From: Candidatus Lindowbacteria bacterium RIFCSPLOWO2_12_FULL_62_27
GTDB lineage: Bacteria > Lindowbacteria > 2-12-FULL-62-27
DNA length: 49,419 nucleotides
Assembly (NCBI GenBank): GCA_001784175.1
Contig: MFPR01000030.1
Coordinates: forward strand, 124,001-173,419
Direction of reading: 5' to 3'
Shown: positions 35,690 to 44,434 of the stretch, piece by piece
Numbering within the stretch: the first letter of the stretch is position 1
Layout of the letters: every line of letters begins with the position of its first letter
Notes under the pieces: generated by a model
Seen by the model: the letters and a program-made list of their open reading frames with translations, nothing else
Database searches by the model: none
What the model was told of the DNA's origin: nothing
Program-made: the position numbers and the translations under genes

Positions 35690-36583
35690 GTGATCTCCAC
35701 GCTTGCGGCGTTGATCCTGGCCTGTTCGGCGGCCTTTGAAGCCAATGCCGGGATGATCGAACCGTCGCCGGCCCCAAGACCCGCGTGGATCGATGCCGCG
35801 CCCATGCCCACGGCCGAATATCAATTCTTTGTCGGCCAGTCGGAACCCATGTTATCCGAGATCGAAGCCCGGACGGCCGCGGCGCGGAATGCCGTCCATC
35901 AGATTGCCGATTACGTCGGCGTCCAGATCAACCTCGTCACCAGAGAAACAAGAAACAGAAATTCGCCGGCGGAAATCGGACATGTGCACGTCGAAGGCGC
36001 CAGTGTCGCGGTCACGCTCTCGGACGCGTTCATCAGCAAGCTCAGATACCGCAATTGGCGTTCGGAACAGGCCAGGGACGAAAAAAGCGGACGGACGGTC
36101 TGGACCGCGTGGGTCCTGACGGAAGTCCCACGCGCCGAATTGGAGCGCGCCATTCAAACGATCCAGGCCCGCCGGGAACACGCCCGGTCACGCTTTGGCC
36201 TATACGGAAATGGCGCCATCGTCTATCAGGCGGATCCGTCCATGCCGTACTTCACGGCTGTCCGGAACCACCTGGAGCGCCATCTGTCGAAATTCGAGAT
36301 CGTGATTTTAAGCCGCCAACCCGATTCAGGCCCGGCCATCCCCGTTCTGAACGTGTCCGGACGAGTCACTGTCGAGAAGACGATCTACGACAATCAATTC
36401 ATCGCCGCTCAGCTCGTTCTGCGAATCCAGCACAATCTGCCCGACGGGACAACCGTGACGGATCACGTCATCTCCGGAACGCGGCGCGCTTACGCGAATA
36501 CGATCGAAACCGCCCTTGAAACGGCGATTGACTTGTTTCTGCAGGATTTCGGCCCCGAACTCCTGTCAGCCATTCGGGGATAA
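35690..36583 (+). CDS. LPP20-like exported protein
   Basis: Signal peptide; RPAWI, FFVGQS, ARTAAARNAVHQIA, paralogous to the upstream gene. Confidence 0.6.
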   Translation: MISTLAALILACSAAFEANAGMIEPSPAPRPAWIDAAPMPTAEYQFFVGQSEPMLSEIEARTAAARNAVHQIADYVGVQINLVTRETRNRNSPAEIGHVHVEGASVAVTLSDAFISKLRYRNWRSEQARDEKSGRTVWTAWVLTEVPRAELERAIQTIQARREHARSRFGLYGNGAIVYQADPSMPYFTAVRNHLERHLSKFEIVILSRQPDSGPAIPVLNVSGRVTVEKTIYDNQFIAAQLVLRIQHNLPDGTTVTDHVISGTRRAYANTIETALETAIDLFLQDFGPELLSAIRG

Positions 36584-36604
36584 ATCAGCAAGGGAGGTCA
36601 TCCA

Positions 36605-36868
36605 ATGTTCAGCCTGATGAAAATCGTTTTCTGGCCTGTCAAAGAGGCCGGCAAATTCTTTCTGATCCTCTTTCTGCTTTTCCGGTTTACATCGCTGTCC
36701 GATTACGTCGCCCCACGGACGATGACTGCCGGTCTCGTGTCCGTCGCCAAGAACGGCTGGAACCGATGCCGGTATCTGGTTGCCGAAAGCGCCGACTACA
36801 TCCGATCGGCATCGGCGGCAGTGGGTCGGTCGGCCGGTCAAAGCCATGAAGAACCGTCAAAACAGTAG
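36605..36868 (+). CDS. Small membrane protein
   Basis: RBS GGAGG; one hydrophobic segment. Confidence 0.5.
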   Translation: MFSLMKIVFWPVKEAGKFFLILFLLFRFTSLSDYVAPRTMTAGLVSVAKNGWNRCRYLVAESADYIRSASAAVGRSAGQSHEEPSKQ

Positions 36869-36916
36869 CTCCATGCTGTCCAAGCCGCATCTTAATAGAT
36901 AGAGGAGGTGGTTTAG

Positions 36917-37285
36917 ATGTTAGTACTAGCGTTCAAGATTATGGTAGGGATTTTCATGTTCAGAGTATTGTTGTCGTTTGTTCAAGCCATGAATAAGAAG
37001 CCCGAAACCATGAGCGCAGAATTGCCGTGTATGATTGAGATAGGCAAGTTTGGTGCTGATGAAGTAGATTTTAAAGGTTTGGAAAAAGGTGTAGGGAAAA
37101 TCGCCAGTCTTCGAGTATTGAAGAACCGTATTAAGGAACTTCAAATTCAGATCACTAAAGTGGAGAATTCTGGAGTACGTTTCAAGCTGGAGAAGATATT
37201 AGAGAGGTACGTTCAGGAACAGAAGAGAATCCGGCGAGAGGTACTTACAGAAGAGTATATCTACTGGGAAGAGCTTCAAAAGTAA
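36917..37285 (+). CDS. Hypothetical protein, N-terminal TM and coiled coil (AT-rich)
   Basis: RBS GAGGAGG; codon composition differs from neighbours. Confidence 0.6.
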   Translation: MLVLAFKIMVGIFMFRVLLSFVQAMNKKPETMSAELPCMIEIGKFGADEVDFKGLEKGVGKIASLRVLKNRIKELQIQITKVENSGVRFKLEKILERYVQEQKRIRREVLTEEYIYWEELQK

Positions 37286-37332
37286 AGGATGGGAACCTTG
37301 GAGGAATTCATGGATGTGGACGAATCCTCCCA

Positions 37333-37587
37333 ATGAGCACGATCTCCCCGGACGACGCACGTGATCTGCTGAAAGTTCTGATCATGAATCTGCCGAAGCG
37401 CCACAGACAAATCATCTATTTGATCGATTACGAAAAACTGACCCATGCCGATGTCGCGGATGTCCTGAACTTGGACGATGGCCACAAACCCTTGATGAGC
37501 GCACAGCGTGTCGAACGGATTTACGATAGAATCCGCGTCCGCCTCCAAAGGCGGATGGAGAACGAGGGGTATTACGGGTTTTTATGA
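37333..37587 (+). CDS. Stand-alone sigma70 region 4-like HTH protein
   Basis: LPKRHRQIIYL.DYEKLTHADVADVLNL...SAQRVERI..RIRVRL. Confidence 0.7.
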   Translation: MSTISPDDARDLLKVLIMNLPKRHRQIIYLIDYEKLTHADVADVLNLDDGHKPLMSAQRVERIYDRIRVRLQRRMENEGYYGFL

Positions 37588-37667
37588 CGTTGGAGACTGC
37601 AACGGAAAAATCTCGGTATCGTCCTGACGTTGTCCGCTGACCGCCGTTCATGCTATGAATAATCGTC

Positions 37668-38996
37668 ATGGCTCGAAACGCGTCTGGAGGAAATTCGCCT
37701 GACCCCAAGGGGTTTGTGGTTCCGCATCTCATCGATTGGCTGAAAAAATGCAAACAGGGTCCGCTACGGCCGCCAGAAATGCCCAACGATGTAAAGGCGG
37801 AACTTCTTAATTGGGTTATCCAGCGTCTAAGATCGGCGATCTATCATTCTACCGGCGAATCCCATCCGCCGCGGCCTACGACTGAATCGAAAGTTGAGAA
37901 ACCGGAGACTCGCCATCCGATCAACATCTTTGACCACATCACTGACACCGATCCGGGACTCCCAGCGAAGCAACTGACGGCGGCTGAAAAAGGGGAATTT
38001 TATGCCCGATTTTATCAATCCTTCTACGAAAACGTCGCGTGGGTGTTTTTCGAGGAGAAAATCCTGCCGACCGAGGAGGACATACAGCAGGGTCTGCCCC
38101 TGAATGAATCCTTTTTGAAACAGGCGCTGGGCGCCAAAATAATCGGCGACGCGGCGCTTCATGCAAGCCTCAATCAGCGTGTCAACTGGTGGATTCTTGA
38201 CCAATGCCGTAAACGAAACAAGGAATCAGATTACGGCCTGCTCGGTCTAAAGATCGACGACATCCTCAAACATGGGGAACAGCATTTTTTGAATGTGCAG
38301 GATTCGGACAACTGGCGAGCCGGTCTTTGGATCCTCATGGGGTTGCCGAAAGAAGCGCAGGCAGATATGAACCGCATCGGCGAATTCCAGGGCCGCTGCC
38401 GAACGATCGCCGCTGTGGCCTGCGAGTATGATGAGGACAACAATAACCTGAGCATCAAATCCCGTGTAATCAAACCGCTTCTCATTCAAATTTTTCAGGC
38501 GGTTGGCGAGCCAATGTCGGTCGATGAACTGCGGCAAATCGTTGCGGGCAAAATGAGCATTTCAAAGATGGATGGGGAACTCAGTCTCGACGTGACCAAC
38601 AAGGACGGGGATCCGTGTTTGGTTCCGGAAAGCGATCTGCAAGCCGATGCGCCGCCGGCGGACGAATTTGCGGTTGAGCCGTGCGCGGCCGAATTCATCC
38701 GTCTGACAGGTCTTGATCAGGATCTCGGATTTTATCTGGCAGCCCTCCGTGAGTATCGCGCCGGCGCCTTCACCTCCGCGCGTCTGGCGCCGATACTGAC
38801 CCGCACGTTGAACGTCTCGCTTACTACTGTCTACAATAAAATCAAGCGCGTCGACAGTCTATTTGATTTTTTTAAAGGCAATGACAACCCGAATCGGAAT
38901 TTATTCGCGGACGAGTTGATCCGCTGGCTTGAAAAGTGCGCCGATTCCGCGTTCAACAAGAAAGCGAGGGTGGTTGGGAATAAATCAAATGCGTAA
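37668..38996 (+). CDS. Divergent ECF-like sigma factor with large insertion
   Basis: Sigma2-like VNWWILDQCRKR, LSLD linker, C-terminal HTH (TSARLAPIL..TLNVSLTTVYNKIKRV). Confidence 0.55.
   Translation: MARNASGGNSPDPKGFVVPHLIDWLKKCKQGPLRPPEMPNDVKAELLNWVIQRLRSAIYHSTGESHPPRPTTESKVEKPETRHPINIFDHITDTDPGLPAKQLTAAEKGEFYARFYQSFYENVAWVFFEEKILPTEEDIQQGLPLNESFLKQALGAKIIGDAALHASLNQRVNWWILDQCRKRNKESDYGLLGLKIDDILKHGEQHFLNVQDSDNWRAGLWILMGLPKEAQADMNRIGEFQGRCRTIAAVACEYDEDNNNLSIKSRVIKPLLIQIFQAVGEPMSVDELRQIVAGKMSISKMDGELSLDVTNKDGDPCLVPESDLQADAPPADEFAVEPCAAEFIRLTGLDQDLGFYLAALREYRAGAFTSARLAPILTRTLNVSLTTVYNKIKRVDSLFDFFKGNDNPNRNLFADELIRWLEKCADSAFNKKARVVGNKSNA
38929..38955 (+). promoter_or_regulatory. ECF-like promoter motif copy 2 (inside the 3' end of the sigma-like gene)
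   Basis: TTGAAAA-N14-CGTTCA, 33 nt before ATG 38989. Confidence 0.45.
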
Positions 38997-40218
38997 GGAC
39001 GTGGTCAGTATGTTATTGGATGAAGACGCCCGGCCGGGCTTTCGGGCCGGCCAAATCTGGGCATTAACGGAGGCTGCCGGATTGCCGAATCCTGTCGTGT
39101 GTCTGCTCGGCAAGTCTGAAAGTGGGAGCTGGTCGGTCTTGAACGTCGCAGACAGGGACGTGTTACGAATGGCGTCGGACCGCGACCTCGTCCTGACGCC
39201 GGACGAATCGGGTTTGTCGTTCACGGCGATGATGGAAACCTGGAACCGCGCGGAAATTCCGCAATCGTTTTTGTCCCATTGCATGGGTACCGTTTCCGAC
39301 ACCATATTATTTACGCTCAAAAAAATGGCCAATCTCCCCTCCGATGCCGTCTACTCCGGCTCGCCAGTCGGTCGTGTCGGCCCGCCGATCCGCTATCCCG
39401 GCGACCCGAGAATCGAATTTCAGAAAAAGGAACGGTTATTCCCTCAGCAGGATCAGGTGCTGGAACTTGCAGCGACAACAGATTCGCCGGCCGTCATGGA
39501 AATATCCAGGGAGGAGTCCGATGAAATCAGCCGGAAGGTCGGCGGCGGCATTCTGACGTCAGTCTTCGAATTTATCAGCGACCTTCTTTGCACGCCGGCT
39601 GTCCAGCCGTTCCCTGTATATCAGGAATACAGTGTAGCGGCGGCGACCCGACCCGAACGGAGAGTCAGAGGGATTGACCATCGCATGGTGTCGGACGACC
39701 ATGAGCTTGCGATCGGTCTTGTCCTGTGGGACGACGGGGGTCTTTCCGTCATCGTTTCCGGTAAGGATGTTGACTTTGACAGAGCCGAGTTCTTCAGCGA
39801 ACGCGAGACCATCAAATGGTCGTTCAAATATGAGGGAGAATCCGCAGCCATGTATGACTTTTCCTCGGCTCTGCTTCGCGCCACAGGCAAGTTCCATATC
39901 GCGCTTCAGGTCGCCGGAGGCAAAATCACAGTCGACTGCCGACCGGCAGATGGAGGAAAAGAATGCAAAGTCCCCGCTGAACCGGTCTTGGTGTTTGAGG
40001 GGTTTCTCACGAAGTTCCGAAAATCCGGTAGCGATCTTGCCGCCGTAATAGGCATGATCGAGAAGGAAACTGATCCCGTTCTGCATTTTTTCATGGAGCA
40101 GATGCTGCTTAACGTCCTCAACAGCGCCGCCGACAAATCCATTTACAGGTCGTATGCCGGCGAACTCAAAAGGTCAACCACGAGGTTGGCGACATGGGTG
40201 GAAACCCATCTTGGCTGA
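38989..40218 (+). CDS. Putative anti-sigma factor with N-terminal PemK/MazF-like fold (CalpT-like)
   Basis: FRAGQIW..VVCLL..V..V.D...ASDRDLVL..METWN..L..CMGTV; GPPI...DPR..FQ..E; internal ELAA and VAAA motifs; overlaps the sigma-like gene. Confidence 0.5.
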   Translation: MRKDVVSMLLDEDARPGFRAGQIWALTEAAGLPNPVVCLLGKSESGSWSVLNVADRDVLRMASDRDLVLTPDESGLSFTAMMETWNRAEIPQSFLSHCMGTVSDTILFTLKKMANLPSDAVYSGSPVGRVGPPIRYPGDPRIEFQKKERLFPQQDQVLELAATTDSPAVMEISREESDEISRKVGGGILTSVFEFISDLLCTPAVQPFPVYQEYSVAAATRPERRVRGIDHRMVSDDHELAIGLVLWDDGGLSVIVSGKDVDFDRAEFFSERETIKWSFKYEGESAAMYDFSSALLRATGKFHIALQVAGGKITVDCRPADGGKECKVPAEPVLVFEGFLTKFRKSGSDLAAVIGMIEKETDPVLHFFMEQMLLNVLNSAADKSIYRSYAGELKRSTTRLATWVETHLG

Positions 40219-40261
40219 TGAGTTTGACGGGGGCGTGCCGTTGGAGGCGCTTCAGAAGACG

Positions 40262-40858
40262 ATGAAGTCAATCGCCGTTGTGGGCGAGATTGGCATCCTC
40301 ACCGTCGATGCCGACAACGATATGCACGTGTATTACCTCGTCTATGACCCCGGCGGCGAAAGTTGCACGCGATGGGAGAATGAATGTCTGACAGTCTTTC
40401 CGGACATCCGCACCCATTTTAGGCGCGTATCATGGCCTAGGCGTGACAGCCATTTCGTCAACATATCCCAGAAGAATTTCTATCTCCGTGATTTTCACAC
40501 GAAAAACACGCAAGTGGCGTCATGTAAGAGCCGTTCAATAGCGCTCGGCGTTGCGCTCTGTGCCTTGTCTGTTGATTTCGATATCCAAATGAACAAGGTC
40601 GCTTGCACGGGTGATTTGAACATCGACGGTGACATCGGCCCCGCGCCGGACGTCGCCAATAAGCTCCGGGATTTCGGGTATTCGAGATCGTTCGAGATGA
40701 TTCTCATGCCCGCACAGCATAAGAATCACGTGGAACGGATGGACTTCAGCAATGAGATTGCGGCCAAAATTTATTTCGTTTCCAATCTTCAGGAGGGTCT
40801 GGTCGCCGTCCATCAGAAGGTCAAGCCGAAACATTACCTGGGAATAGCCAAGCCGTGA
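40262..40858 (+). CDS. Stand-alone Lon-type (S16) serine protease domain
   Basis: SRSIALGVAL...VACTGDLNIDGDIGP...ANKL...ILMP: Ser and Lys 42 residues apart. Start uncertain (ATG 40262 aligns with the paralog; TTG 40211 possible). Confidence 0.7.
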   Translation: MKSIAVVGEIGILTVDADNDMHVYYLVYDPGGESCTRWENECLTVFPDIRTHFRRVSWPRRDSHFVNISQKNFYLRDFHTKNTQVASCKSRSIALGVALCALSVDFDIQMNKVACTGDLNIDGDIGPAPDVANKLRDFGYSRSFEMILMPAQHKNHVERMDFSNEIAAKIYFVSNLQEGLVAVHQKVKPKHYLGIAKP

Positions 40859-42201
40859 CAACCGGCCAGATCGGCATCCTGGCGTTGGACAAGGATGACA
40901 CGGTGTCAGTGCTTATGCTGGCCTACAATCCCGATGGAGACAGCAGTACGAAGTGGGAGTCCGACAACCATGGCGCGTTTGACGACGTGCGTAAGGCCCT
41001 TTCGGGTTCCTCCCGATCTACCGGGATGCGGGTGAAGATCACACGCGAGCACTTCTATCTACAAGATTTCTGTAGCCGTCAGACTCGAGCGCTGGCCTGT
41101 AGAGGCCGGTCGTTCGCCCTCGGCCTTGGTCTGTGCGCGCGGGCCGTTCAACTTGGAGTGGACATGTCACGCGTCATCTGCACGGGCAACGTGAACGCCG
41201 ACGGCAATGTTCTGAGAGTCGACGGCCTTGAAAGCAAGTTGCGTTCATTTGGTCTGCATGATTCGTTCGACATGGTGTTGGTCCCAGCCGAACAGAAACC
41301 TGAGACTGAGGATTTGGTCCGAAGGAATGGCATTACGGAGGCGCTTTTTAACAAGATCAAGTATGTCAATACCCTTGGCGAAGCATTCGCCGAATGCGGG
41401 CTTCCGACTCCCACCACACGATCTCCACGGGTTCTGGCGACATTGCTGGTGACGATCATTCTGTCTTTGTTCTTGGCCACCGCACTTTACAGGTGGTTTC
41501 AACACAACAAGCGAGGGAGCGCTAATGAAATCCGCTCGGTGCAAAAAACCAGTGATACGTCGGCACGGGCATCTACCGAGTCAAATTGGTTAAAGCCGGC
41601 ATCAACAAAATTAATTGATCTTGGAAACATACCTGAATTTGCCGGTCAGCAGATAACGCCTGAACCACTCAATCTAAAAGATGGAAAAGTCATTGAATGG
41701 CGTGAACAGAAAATGTCCTTTACTCTACCAAAAACTTGGGAACAAGTACTTTTTGCTGACGATGAGATGCGCTGGGAAGACAGACGTGCACCCGTCATCG
41801 GGAGCGGCGACGGCATATATTTACAGGTTGTTACTCACAGAGGTGAAATTGACATACAAAAACATATTGGAGTAAAAGCAAAAGAACTCTTCGAACAATT
41901 TCTTAACGGTGATATACGGAGTTACACGCTACTTCCCATAGATGGTGTTGTAGGGATTTTATGGATAGACCCCAACATATCAGACGGCACCCCGATATAT
42001 TTATCAACCGACACTTACAATTATGGATCGGTGAGTTTGTATGACCACGAATACTGTTCAATATATTGGGTAGGTGTTAAACCTTTTCAAGGCGGCGCGA
42101 GAACTATGGCGATAACATGTCAGGCTGTTTACACCAGATATCCGCTTGCTTCGCCGACTCTATTGGCTATCATTCGATCTGTAAAATTTCAGTCTAAGTG
42201 A
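40855..42201 (+). CDS. Lon-type protease domain + TM + extracytoplasmic PsbP-like domain
   Basis: GRSFALGLGL...ICTGNVNADGNVLRVDGLESKL...VLVP (Ser-Lys spacing 42); TM VLATLLVTIILSLFLATAL; MSFTLPKTW ... IIRSVKF. Confidence 0.75.
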   Translation: MTTGQIGILALDKDDTVSVLMLAYNPDGDSSTKWESDNHGAFDDVRKALSGSSRSTGMRVKITREHFYLQDFCSRQTRALACRGRSFALGLGLCARAVQLGVDMSRVICTGNVNADGNVLRVDGLESKLRSFGLHDSFDMVLVPAEQKPETEDLVRRNGITEALFNKIKYVNTLGEAFAECGLPTPTTRSPRVLATLLVTIILSLFLATALYRWFQHNKRGSANEIRSVQKTSDTSARASTESNWLKPASTKLIDLGNIPEFAGQQITPEPLNLKDGKVIEWREQKMSFTLPKTWEQVLFADDEMRWEDRRAPVIGSGDGIYLQVVTHRGEIDIQKHIGVKAKELFEQFLNGDIRSYTLLPIDGVVGILWIDPNISDGTPIYLSTDTYNYGSVSLYDHEYCSIYWVGVKPFQGGARTMAITCQAVYTRYPLASPTLLAIIRSVKFQSK

Positions 42202-42263
42202 ATGCTCATGGGAATTCTCTTTTTAACCTGACGTGGGGTGTGAATAAAAATAGGGAGAGTTCA

Positions 42264-42893
42264 TTGAACCTCGACGCGAACCTTCGAACGTATCTTGACG
42301 GCCGCAAGCCCGACGCGCGGTACGCATCGTTCGACTACTGCTTCAATTACTTCCAGTCGTTTCGCGACGGAAACATCAGCACGTTGTGTAGTCCGGCCAA
42401 CGTACAGCTAAGCTGCCTTCAGCTCGGTTTCTATCTCGCGAGTTGGGGCATGCTCCGGGGCTCCGCCGAGTTGTTGCAAAAGAGTGCCATGCATCTCATT
42501 CCCGTCATAGAGGTAATCGCACGTACTGACGCGTCCTTGTGGGAACTTGATGCCCACTGCTACACCGAAACCAACATTCACCGCCTCTTGGATGTGGCGA
42601 GCCATTTACGCCAAGCTAATTCTGGGATGTCCGACATTCTCGTCACGAAGATCATGCTCGGGGTGTTCGGCAATGTTCCCGCCTTTGACACGAATTTCAA
42701 GAGAGGCTGCCAAGTCGCCACGTTCGGCCCCAAGGCCTTGAGGAAGATCGGCGCCTTTTATCAAGATCATTCTGCGATCATCGACGCATTTCGGGTGCCG
42801 ACGCTCGACTTCGTAAACGGTGTCCCCACTCAGCGCAAGTACACTCGCGCGAAGGTCATCGACATGGCCTTTTTTATAGAGGGTATGGCGTGA
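42264..42893 (+). CDS. Hypothetical protein, possibly HhH-glycosylase-like
   Basis: RYASFDYCFNYF, LGFYLASWGMLRGS, LVTKIMLGVFGNVPAFD; TTG start after AGGGAG. Confidence 0.6.
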   Translation: MNLDANLRTYLDGRKPDARYASFDYCFNYFQSFRDGNISTLCSPANVQLSCLQLGFYLASWGMLRGSAELLQKSAMHLIPVIEVIARTDASLWELDAHCYTETNIHRLLDVASHLRQANSGMSDILVTKIMLGVFGNVPAFDTNFKRGCQVATFGPKALRKIGAFYQDHSAIIDAFRVPTLDFVNGVPTQRKYTRAKVIDMAFFIEGMA

Positions 42894-42902
42894 ACGAAGA
42901 TC

Positions 42903-42959
42903 GCATAACTAGCCGCTCAACCCGCCGCCGTTCTGGCGTGGGTTCGTAGGGCGTTAGGC
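42903..42959 (+). other. Solitary attC-like site
   Basis: GCATAAC ... GTTAGGC core sites 57 bp end to end, internal imperfect palindrome AACCC..CGCC/GGCG.GGGTT, 9 nt after a stop codon. Confidence 0.5.
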
Positions 42960-43089
42960 TGACAAAGTTCGTCAAGCAGGGGATGCTCGACCTTCACAGA
43001 AGTCAATCCTTTTTTAGACTTAGCTATCGGAGATTCGCCGAAGGTAATGTGGGTGGCTCCCACATCGAAAAGGCATGGAGGTGATAGTC

Positions 43090-43266
43090 ATGGGACAAAC
43101 TTGCGGCGATTGCCACGGAAACGGCCGGTGCAGTCACTGTCACGGATCAGGTAAGCAAGACTATCCAGGATACGGAACACCAAGCGACAACCCCTGTTCG
43201 TGGTGTCGGGGATCTGGAGTTTGCCAAATTTGCCAGGGGAAAGGTGGGTGGAATTTTCCACGGTGA
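43090..43266 (+). CDS. Small DnaJ-type CxxCxGxG zinc-finger protein
   Basis: Four CxxCxGxG repeats; RBS GGAGGTG before ATG 43090. Confidence 0.75.
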   Translation: MGQTCGDCHGNGRCSHCHGSGKQDYPGYGTPSDNPCSWCRGSGVCQICQGKGGWNFPR

Positions 43267-43358
43267 CGTGGCTATTAATTGTGGATATGTACCAGATATA
43301 GGACATTCTTGCGTGTCGACGAACGACTACGCACAATAAGTATACTGCGGAGGTGGTA

Positions 43359-43814
43359 ATGATGGATGATGAGGCTGCCAGCAAAATGATCAAAGAAACG
43401 GAGGCCGAGGTTGACCATCTGGTAGACAACTATCCGAGGCAGCCACGGGCCACGCAAGTAAAACAAGCAATCGATGAATTGAACGCTCTGATGGCCAGTT
43501 GGGAAAAAAGTACGGAGGAAGAAGTTTCCGAGCTTGCTGAGACGACAGGAAGGTCGTTAGTCATGGAGGCAGGCTACCATCGTGCCATGCCAGCGGTGTT
43601 GGCAACCGCTGAGCGTTTTATGGATGTCGATGATGATGAGATAGTCCGACTATTCGCTTCCAGCAAATCTCCTGCACCGAACGGTGGAACATGGCCGGAT
43701 TTCTTCAAACAAAAAGGCAAGACAATCGCCATGAAGGCTGCAATATTTGCGAATGCGATAGAATCAAAGAGCCGTAAGATAAAGAAAAATGAAGTGGGAA
43801 ACGGCCTACCGTGA
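43359..43814 (+). CDS. Hypothetical protein
   Basis: RBS GGAGGTG; helical acidic protein. Confidence 0.6.
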   Translation: MMDDEAASKMIKETEAEVDHLVDNYPRQPRATQVKQAIDELNALMASWEKSTEEEVSELAETTGRSLVMEAGYHRAMPAVLATAERFMDVDDDEIVRLFASSKSPAPNGGTWPDFFKQKGKTIAMKAAIFANAIESKSRKIKKNEVGNGLP

Positions 43815-44131
43815 CACCAGATGACGAATTTGATTCATTACTGGCGCGACTTAAGGCCACTCGGACTATGGTGTCGTCTGCCCTCGCAGGTAGGCCCTTG
43901 CTCAAGACCATTGATCCAATCTTTCTAGTGACCGAAATCTGGATTAAGTCTGTGAAAGGCCTGAGGATGGTGGTTCACAAGCACGGGAATCGTGAAACGA
44001 TCGCTGAAGTGGATGGAGTGGCCGATGGAATGATCCCAATTATGCGTCAGTATGTGAGTGCCTTGGAAGAGCTTGCGATCCAATACCGAAATGAAACAGA
44101 TGCTGCCGATGCCCAAAAGGAAGAAGTATGA
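43811..44131 (+). CDS. Hypothetical protein
   Basis: GTGA overlap with the upstream gene. Confidence 0.55.
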   Translation: MTPDDEFDSLLARLKATRTMVSSALAGRPLLKTIDPIFLVTEIWIKSVKGLRMVVHKHGNRETIAEVDGVADGMIPIMRQYVSALEELAIQYRNETDAADAQKEEV

Positions 44132-44395
44132 ACCTGAGGCCATAGTGGCTATTTTTGCGAGCCGCAGAAAAAAGACCACTTATTCCAGTTTAGAATTAAT
44201 ATGAGACTTACCCGAGCTGAACTTGAAGCGCTGTCGATCGTGTGGCATACAGACAGAAAGATGGAGCATCTGCAACGATCGCCCATATCGACACAATCAT
44301 AGGGCGACGGAGCGGAGGTGCCCCACCCGACCGCGGGGATGGGTCAGGGCGGCCTTCTGATAGACCCCGGTGAATTTAAAATTCACTCCTGATTC

Positions 44396-44422
44396 TTGAA
44401 AAATCTCGCTTTTGCCCGTTTA
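44396..44422 (+). promoter_or_regulatory. ECF-like promoter motif copy 3
   Basis: TTGAAAA-N14-CGTTTA, 12 nt before ATG 44435. Confidence 0.55.
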
Positions 44423-44434
44423 TACATTACAGAC

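Noticed and set aside
40262-42201. Calling the proteases CalpL or housekeeping Lon/RadA
   Set aside because: No SAVED, AAA+ or RecA domain is visible; only the S16 catalytic domain is shared.
43090-43266. CGDCH and CSHCH as heme-binding sites
   Set aside because: Part of CxxCxGxG zinc-finger repeats; no signal peptide.
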